Below are positions 58,828 through 64,000 of a stretch of DNA of 64,000 nucleotides, piece by piece (the first letter of the stretch is position 1; every line of letters begins with the position of its first letter). Source of the DNA: Burkholderiales bacterium PBB2. Lineage in GTDB: Bacteria; Pseudomonadota; Gammaproteobacteria; Burkholderiales; Burkholderiaceae_C. The stretch is from the NCBI GenBank assembly GCA_002255955.1, contig NKIM01000006.1, positions 84,537-148,536 of the forward strand, in the 5' to 3' direction. The notes beneath the pieces are model-generated. The model did no database searches, had not been told where the DNA came from, and saw only the letters and a program-made list of their open reading frames with translations. The translations under genes were made by a program, and so were the position numbers.

Positions 58828-60339
58828 ATGAGCAGTTCCTCCTCCACACGCCCCAGCATCGACTGGGCCGCGCGCGCCGCGGCCGTGCAGATCGACGGCC
58901 GCCCCGTCATCGAAGGCCGGCGCATCGACACCCAGGCGGGCCTGCAGTTCGACTGCATCTCGCCCCTGAACGGCCGCAGCCTCGGCGCTGTGTCGCGTGG
59001 CCAGGCCGCTGACATTGACGCCGCCGTGGCCTCGGCCCGCGCCGCCTTTGACGACGGCCGCTGGGCCCGCCGCGCGCCGGCCGCGCGCAAGCGGGTGCTG
59101 CAAGCCTTCTCCGAGAAAATCCTGGCGGCCAAGGAGGAGTTGGCCCTGCTGGAGACCCTGGACATGGGCAAGCCCATCCAGTATTCGTTGGCCGTCGATG
59201 TGCCCTCCACGGCACGCTGCATCGCCTGGTATGCCGAAGCCATCGACAAGATCTACGACGAGATCGCGCCCACCGGCCCCAATGCCCTGGCCCTGATCCA
59301 GCGCGAAGCCATGGGTGTGATCGGCGCCATCGTGCCCTGGAACTACCCCATGATCATGGCCGCCTGGAAGCTGGGGCCGGCCCTGGCCGCGGGCAACTCG
59401 GTGGTGCTCAAACCCAGCGAAAAGTCGCCACTGACCGCGCTGCGCCTGGCCGAACTGGCGCTGGAAGCCGGCCTGCCACCGGGGGTCTTCAATGTGGTGC
59501 CCGGCTACGGCCATGAGGCCGGCGAGGCCCTGGCCTTGCACATGGATGTGGACGCGGTCGGCTTCACCGGCTCCACCCGCGTGGGCCGCAAGATGCTGGA
59601 ATACGCGGGCCGAAGCAATCTCAAGCGGGTCTACAACGAGCTGGGCGGCAAATCGGCCTTCCTGGTCTTCCCCGACTTCGACGATCTGCCGCGCGCCGCC
59701 AAAACCGTGGCCGGCAGCATGTTCTTCAACCAGGGCGAGAGCTGCAATGCCCCTTCACGCGTGCTTGTGCACGACAGCATTGCCGATGAGTTCCTGGCCC
59801 TGCTGGCCGCCGAAGCGCCCAAATACCAGGCCGGCGACCCGCTGGACCCGCGCACGGTGATGGGCGCCCTGGTCGACGCCGGGCAACTCGGCACAGTGAT
59901 GGGCTATATCGAATCAGGTCGCAGCGAGGGCGCGCGTGCGGTCGTCGGCGGCGAACAGCAACGCGTCGAAACTGGCGGTTACTTTGTCGCCCCCACCATC
60001 TTCGACGGCGTGAGCCCAGGCATGAAGATCGCCCGCGAAGAGATCTTCGGCCCGGTGCTGAGCGTGCTGCGTTTCAAGGACGAAGCCGAGGCCGTGCGCC
60101 TGGCCAATGACAGCCCCTATGGCCTGCAAGCCAGCGTCTGGAGCAGCCATATCGACCGCGCCCACCGCGTGGCCCGCGCCCTGCGCGCCGGCACGGTGCA
60201 CGTCAACCAGTACGACGAAGACGACCTGACCGTGCCCTTCGGCGGCTACAAGCAAAGCGGCAACGGGCGGGACAAATCACTCCATGCCTTTGACAAGTAC
60301 ACGGAGCTGAAAACCACCTGGCTGCGCATCAACCCCTGA
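58828..60339 (+). CDS. NAD-dependent aldehyde dehydrogenase (gamma-glutamyl-gamma-aminobutyraldehyde dehydrogenase PuuC-like)
   Basis: VPWNYP, KPSEKSPLTA, ELGGKSAF and the catalytic Cys context FFNQGESCNAPSR. Confidence 0.9.
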   Translation: MSSSSSTRPSIDWAARAAAVQIDGRPVIEGRRIDTQAGLQFDCISPLNGRSLGAVSRGQAADIDAAVASARAAFDDGRWARRAPAARKRVLQAFSEKILAAKEELALLETLDMGKPIQYSLAVDVPSTARCIAWYAEAIDKIYDEIAPTGPNALALIQREAMGVIGAIVPWNYPMIMAAWKLGPALAAGNSVVLKPSEKSPLTALRLAELALEAGLPPGVFNVVPGYGHEAGEALALHMDVDAVGFTGSTRVGRKMLEYAGRSNLKRVYNELGGKSAFLVFPDFDDLPRAAKTVAGSMFFNQGESCNAPSRVLVHDSIADEFLALLAAEAPKYQAGDPLDPRTVMGALVDAGQLGTVMGYIESGRSEGARAVVGGEQQRVETGGYFVAPTIFDGVSPGMKIAREEIFGPVLSVLRFKDEAEAVRLANDSPYGLQASVWSSHIDRAHRVARALRAGTVHVNQYDEDDLTVPFGGYKQSGNGRDKSLHAFDKYTELKTTWLRINP

Positions 60340-60366
60340 GCAGGGCCGTAAGTCCGAGACCGAGAC

Positions 60367-61632
60367 TCAGACCAGCACTTCCACGCAGCGCGGGTGGCCG
60401 AGGAAATGCTCGGGGCTGGCGCTGGCGCCGTAGGCGCCCGACTGGAACACCACGGCCAGATCACCGATCTCGGCGACCGGTAGGTCCATGCGATCAGCCA
60501 GCAGGTCCAGCGGCGTGCACAGTGGGCCCACCACCGAGGCAATCTCGCGCTCAGCCACCGGCGTTGCGCCGTGCTGGCGCACGATGGTGACCGGGTAGTT
60601 CTTGCGAATGACCTGACCGAAATTGCCCGAGGCCGAGAGGTGGTGGTTCAAGCCACCGTCGGTGACCAGATAGGTCTGTCCGCGCGAGACCTTGCGGTCG
60701 ACGATGCGGGTGACGTAAATGCCGGCCTCACCGACCAGATAACGGCCCAGCTCGATGACCAAATGCGCTTGTGGCATTTCCACCGCGGCGCGCTCGACCA
60801 GCTGCTGCAGATTGGCGCCGATCGGGGCCAGGTCCAGCGCATGTTCGCCCGGGAAATAGGTGATGCCGAAGCCACCCCCCAAATTCAGGAACTTGACCGG
60901 CGAAGGCGCTAGGGCTGCCAGGCGCAGGGCCAGCTCGTAGGACTTCTGCTGCGCTTCGCAGATGGACTCAGGCTTCAGATTCTGCGAACCGGCAAACAAA
61001 TGAAAGCCCTCGAAGGCCAAGCCCAGACGGCCGATCTCGGCCAGCAGCTCGGGCATCTGCTCGGTGTCGATGCCAAACTGCTTGGGGCCGCCGCCCATCT
61101 TCATGCCCGAGCCCTTGAGCTCGAAGTCGGGGTTGACGCGCACGGCCACGCGGGCCGGCAGGCCATACCGCTTGGACGCAGCGGCCAGCACTGGCAGCTC
61201 TCGTGCCGACTCCACATTGACCAGCACACCAGCCGCCACGGCTTGATGGAGCTCGATGTCCCGCTTGCCGGGGCCCGCAAAGCTGATCTCGACCGGATCG
61301 GCGCCGGCATTGAGCGCCACTTGCAACTCGCCGGCCGAGGCCACATCGATGCCATCGACAAGACCGGCCATCCAGCCCACCACGGCCGGTAAGGGGTTGG
61401 CCTTCATCGCGTAGTGCAGCTTGACCTGCTTGGGCAGGGCGGCGCGCAGCTGGGCCACGCGATCGCGCAGCAGGCCGCGGTCGTAGGCGTAGAACGGCGT
61501 CTGGCCCACGCGCTCGGCCAGCAAGCTCAGGCTTTGGCCGCCGATCTGCAGCGAGCCATCGGCGGCCTGCGGAAACTGGCTCATGGGCGCGTGCACCGGG
61601 GCGCGCTTGGGAGTGGGCGTGGCGTCAGACAT
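60367..61632 (-). CDS. Fold-type III PLP-dependent decarboxylase (DapDC/ODC-like), of the exosortase-A-associated type
   Basis: PLP lysine motif HYAMKANP; GGGFG motif LNLGGGFGITY; C-terminal GAYG. Paired with an AMP-ligase, ACP and hydrolase. Confidence 0.85.
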   Translation of the reverse strand: MSDATPTPKRAPVHAPMSQFPQAADGSLQIGGQSLSLLAERVGQTPFYAYDRGLLRDRVAQLRAALPKQVKLHYAMKANPLPAVVGWMAGLVDGIDVASAGELQVALNAGADPVEISFAGPGKRDIELHQAVAAGVLVNVESARELPVLAAASKRYGLPARVAVRVNPDFELKGSGMKMGGGPKQFGIDTEQMPELLAEIGRLGLAFEGFHLFAGSQNLKPESICEAQQKSYELALRLAALAPSPVKFLNLGGGFGITYFPGEHALDLAPIGANLQQLVERAAVEMPQAHLVIELGRYLVGEAGIYVTRIVDRKVSRGQTYLVTDGGLNHHLSASGNFGQVIRKNYPVTIVRQHGATPVAEREIASVVGPLCTPLDLLADRMDLPVAEIGDLAVVFQSGAYGASASPEHFLGHPRCVEVLV

Positions 61633-61669
61633 GATGGATTCGGGAATGTCTTCTTGGAATGGGTGGCGG

Positions 61670-61691
61670 CTCAGCGGTCACTCAGCGGTCA
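61670..61691. repeat. Perfect 11-bp tandem duplication CTCAGCGGTCA x2 spanning the ligase stop codon
   Basis: Read directly from the sequence at 61670-61680 and 61681-61691. Confidence 0.95.
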
Positions 61692-63329
61692 ATTAGGCGA
61701 AGTCTGCTGGCGCTCGACCCAGGCGGTGGACAGCAGCTTGCGGTCGATCTTGCCGTTCGGGTTGCGCGGCAGCGGGCCGGGCTGGGCTTCAATGCCTGCG
61801 GGCACCATATAGGCGGGCATGTGCAGGCGGCACTGCGCTTGCAGCGCAGCCAGGTCCAGCGTTTCCGCTCCGGCCGGCGGCGTGGCGATGACCTGGATGG
61901 CCTGGCCCAGCGTCGGGTGGTCCACGCCGAAGGCCACGCACTCGCCGACCAGCTTGGTGGCGTAAAGGATCTCTTCCACCTCGGTCGGGCTCACGCGGTA
62001 GCCCGATGTCTTCATCATCTCGTCGCGGCGGCCAATGAAGTAGAGGAAACCTTCGGCGTCACGGCGCACGTTGTCGCCCGAGAACACAGCGTATTCGGGC
62101 AGCTGCAGGCCGCCTTCGCGCCCGCCCACGCCGGCCGGCAGCAGCTTGTAGCGCTCGGCCGTTTTCTCGGCATCGTTCCAGTAACCCAGGCCCACCAGGG
62201 CACCGCGGTGCACCAGCTCGCCCGGCTCGTCGGGCGCGCATTCGCTGCCGTCCTCGCGCAGCACCAGGATCTCGGCATTGGGGATGGCTTTGCCGATGGA
62301 GTCGGGCCGGCGGTCCACCTCTTCCGGCGGCAAATAGGTGGAGCGGAAGGCCTCGGTCAGGCCGTACATCAGGAAAGGCTTGGCAGCCGACACGCGCTGG
62401 CGCAGCAGGTCCAAGGTTTCGCGCGGCATGCGCCCACCGGTGTTGGCGAAATAGCGCAGGTTCTCGTTGATCGCGGCCGGCCACTCCAGCTGCGAGAGCT
62501 GGATGTAAAGCGGCGGCACGGCGGTCAGGCCGGTGACCTTCTCGCGCTCCATAGCCTTGAGCACATCGCGCGGCATCAGGTAATTCAGCAGCACCACGCG
62601 CGCACCCGAGTGGAAAGCCGTGGTCAGCTGGCTGAAACCGGCATCGAAGGACAAGGGCAACGCGGCCAGCAAGGTGTCCTGCGCCCGGTTCTCCAGATAG
62701 CTGGCCACGCTCTTGGCGCCGGCAACCATATTGCGGTGCGAGAGCACCACGCCCTTGGGCCGGCCGGTAGAGCCCGAGGTGTAGAGGATGGCGACGATAT
62801 CGGTGTCGATGACGCGGTGGCCGACGCAGGCCGGGGCGGACATGAACTCGGTCCAGCTGTACAGGCGCACACCCTCGGGTGGCGGGGGCAGCGTGACGGC
62901 CGCGCCTTCGATCAGCACGATGTGCTTGAGGCTGCTGCCTTGCGCGAGTGTGGGTTGCAGCAAGGCGTAGCGCTCGGGCGAGGTCAACAGCACGCTGACG
63001 GCGCAGTCGGCCATGATGAAACCGACCTGCTCGGGCTTGAGCAAGGGGTTCATGGGCACGAACACCATGCCGGCGGCCGGTGCGCCGAAGCTGCCCACCA
63101 CCGTCTCGATGCGCTTGTCCAGATAGATGCCCACGCGGCTGGCACGCGCCAGGCCCGTGCCCATCAGCCCCTGGCTGAATGAGCGCACCTGATCGGCCAG
63201 CTCTACATAGCGCAAATGGGTCGAGCCGGCCGTCAAGGCCAGGGCGTCAGGCGTGCGCGCGGCGCTCACCAGAATCAACTCATGCAGCAAATGGGCTTCC
63301 CGAACGGGCACGGAACTAGATTCAGTCAT
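61689..63329 (-). CDS. AMP-forming acyl-CoA/acyl-ACP ligase, of the exosortase-A-associated type
   Basis: Adenylation motifs ILYTSGSTGRPKGV, YGLTE, SGD...RD.EG and SGYRVSP, plus the terminal PRNPNGKIDRK. Confidence 0.9.
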   Translation of the reverse strand: MTESSSVPVREAHLLHELILVSAARTPDALALTAGSTHLRYVELADQVRSFSQGLMGTGLARASRVGIYLDKRIETVVGSFGAPAAGMVFVPMNPLLKPEQVGFIMADCAVSVLLTSPERYALLQPTLAQGSSLKHIVLIEGAAVTLPPPPEGVRLYSWTEFMSAPACVGHRVIDTDIVAILYTSGSTGRPKGVVLSHRNMVAGAKSVASYLENRAQDTLLAALPLSFDAGFSQLTTAFHSGARVVLLNYLMPRDVLKAMEREKVTGLTAVPPLYIQLSQLEWPAAINENLRYFANTGGRMPRETLDLLRQRVSAAKPFLMYGLTEAFRSTYLPPEEVDRRPDSIGKAIPNAEILVLREDGSECAPDEPGELVHRGALVGLGYWNDAEKTAERYKLLPAGVGGREGGLQLPEYAVFSGDNVRRDAEGFLYFIGRRDEMMKTSGYRVSPTEVEEILYATKLVGECVAFGVDHPTLGQAIQVIATPPAGAETLDLAALQAQCRLHMPAYMVPAGIEAQPGPLPRNPNGKIDRKLLSTAWVERQQTSPN

Positions 63330-63614
63330 GCTTCACCAAGCAAATAGGCAGGCCAGAAAACAAGAGCTCAAAATGTAGCGCATGGCCCCTGGGCTGAACC
63401 CAGCCGCCCCAGCGCCATGTGCGAGCAGGCGGGAGTGTGCACGCGATTGGGCGCCGCGCTTTCGTGCAGCGCGTGAAAACTACCTCTTCCCCCCAGGAGC
63501 AGGGGGGCTGACAGAGGGAAATCACGCCATTTCGGCCTGATAAGATCGCGCGCCGCAACGCCACTGGCGATGCCCGCTGGCGCAATCCCCGCGCCCTACA
63601 ACCGAAGCAGCCGA

Positions 63615-63866
63615 ATGAGCACAGAAAAGCATGTCCTGAGGATTCTGGACGAGGTCCTGAGTCTGGATGGCCGCAGCGCCACCTTCACCCGCGAAACGCC
63701 TTTGCTGGGCGCCGTGCCGGAGCTCGATTCGATGGCCGTGGTCAGCCTCATCACCGGACTGGAAGAACAACTGGGCATCGTCACCGATGACGATGAGATC
63801 GACGGCGCGACTTTCGCCACCGTCGGCTCCTTGGTGGACTTCGTCGCCGCCAAGCTGGCTGGCTGA
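63615..63866 (+). CDS. Acyl carrier protein
   Basis: 83 aa. Phosphopantetheine site ...VPELDSMAVVSLI.... Divergent from the ligase gene. Confidence 0.85.
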   Translation: MSTEKHVLRILDEVLSLDGRSATFTRETPLLGAVPELDSMAVVSLITGLEEQLGIVTDDDEIDGATFATVGSLVDFVAAKLAG

Positions 63867-63877
63867 ACCACGCCTGC

Positions 63878-64000
63878 ATGAGCGCGCCGGACGCCGTATT
63901 CCTGGATGCCCCTCATAGCGCCGACCAGCGCTATGCCCTGCTTCACCGGCCTGTGGGCCCGCTTCGCGGGCGCGTGCTCTACCTTCCGCCTTTCGCGGAG
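63878..64000 (+). CDS. Alpha/beta hydrolase (exosortase-A-associated hydrolase-like), N-terminal 41 codons; runs off the right window edge
   Basis: My own translation gives MSAPDAVFLDAPHSADQRYALLHRPVGPLRGRVLYLPPFAE. The L(Y)xPPFAEE pattern is typical of the hydrolases in these loci. Not in the ORF track because it is truncated. Confidence 0.5.
   Translation, partial: MSAPDAVFLDAPHSADQRYALLHRPVGPLRGRVLYLPPFAE

Overview
GC-rich, densely packed chromosomal segment that looks like a Burkholderiales-type betaproteobacterium (judged from gene content and order only; I ran no search). Almost all of it is recognisable housekeeping DNA. In order along the window:
- isc Fe-S operon on the minus strand (iscR-iscS-iscU-iscA-hscB-hscA'), then uvrB, a class I aminotransferase, intracellular PHB depolymerase, and rnfB-like ferredoxin with nth.
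- A zapB-like/zapA/6S RNA locus followed by an EVE-domain gene, then a degenerate GGDEF protein.
- rpsU and yqeY, a TRAP transporter, pmbA/yjgA, mog, cysE, trmJ, suhB and mutS.
- pyrG-kdsA-eno-ftsB, pnuC with a NadR-like kinase, and pfk.
- hslO, a gamma-carbonic-anhydrase-like gene, DUF455, TerC, YccA and EamA.
- A ~14 kb Lrp-associated polyamine/omega-amine catabolic and uptake cluster: two class III transaminases, puuA/B/C/D-like genes, potFGHI and a porin-like outer membrane protein.
- At the right edge, an acyl-CoA ligase / PLP decarboxylase / ACP / hydrolase module of the kind associated with exosortase A (PEP-CTERM) loci.

I saw no tRNA, rRNA, CRISPR array, transposase, integrase or prophage gene.

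The best candidate for something undescribed is a single orphan gene (36033..39602, ~1190 aa). It encodes a polytopic membrane protein with a large N-terminal region resembling a periplasmic-binding fold and no catalytic motif I can recognise. It sits 41 bp upstream of pfk.

Secondary leads:
- the functionally unresolved exosortase-associated acyl module;
- a GGDEF protein with a destroyed active site but an intact I-site;
- GGTGAA/TTCACC octamer arrays flanking potF;
- several small ORFs and structured intergenic elements.

All family assignments come from motif and sequence recognition by eye and need database confirmation.
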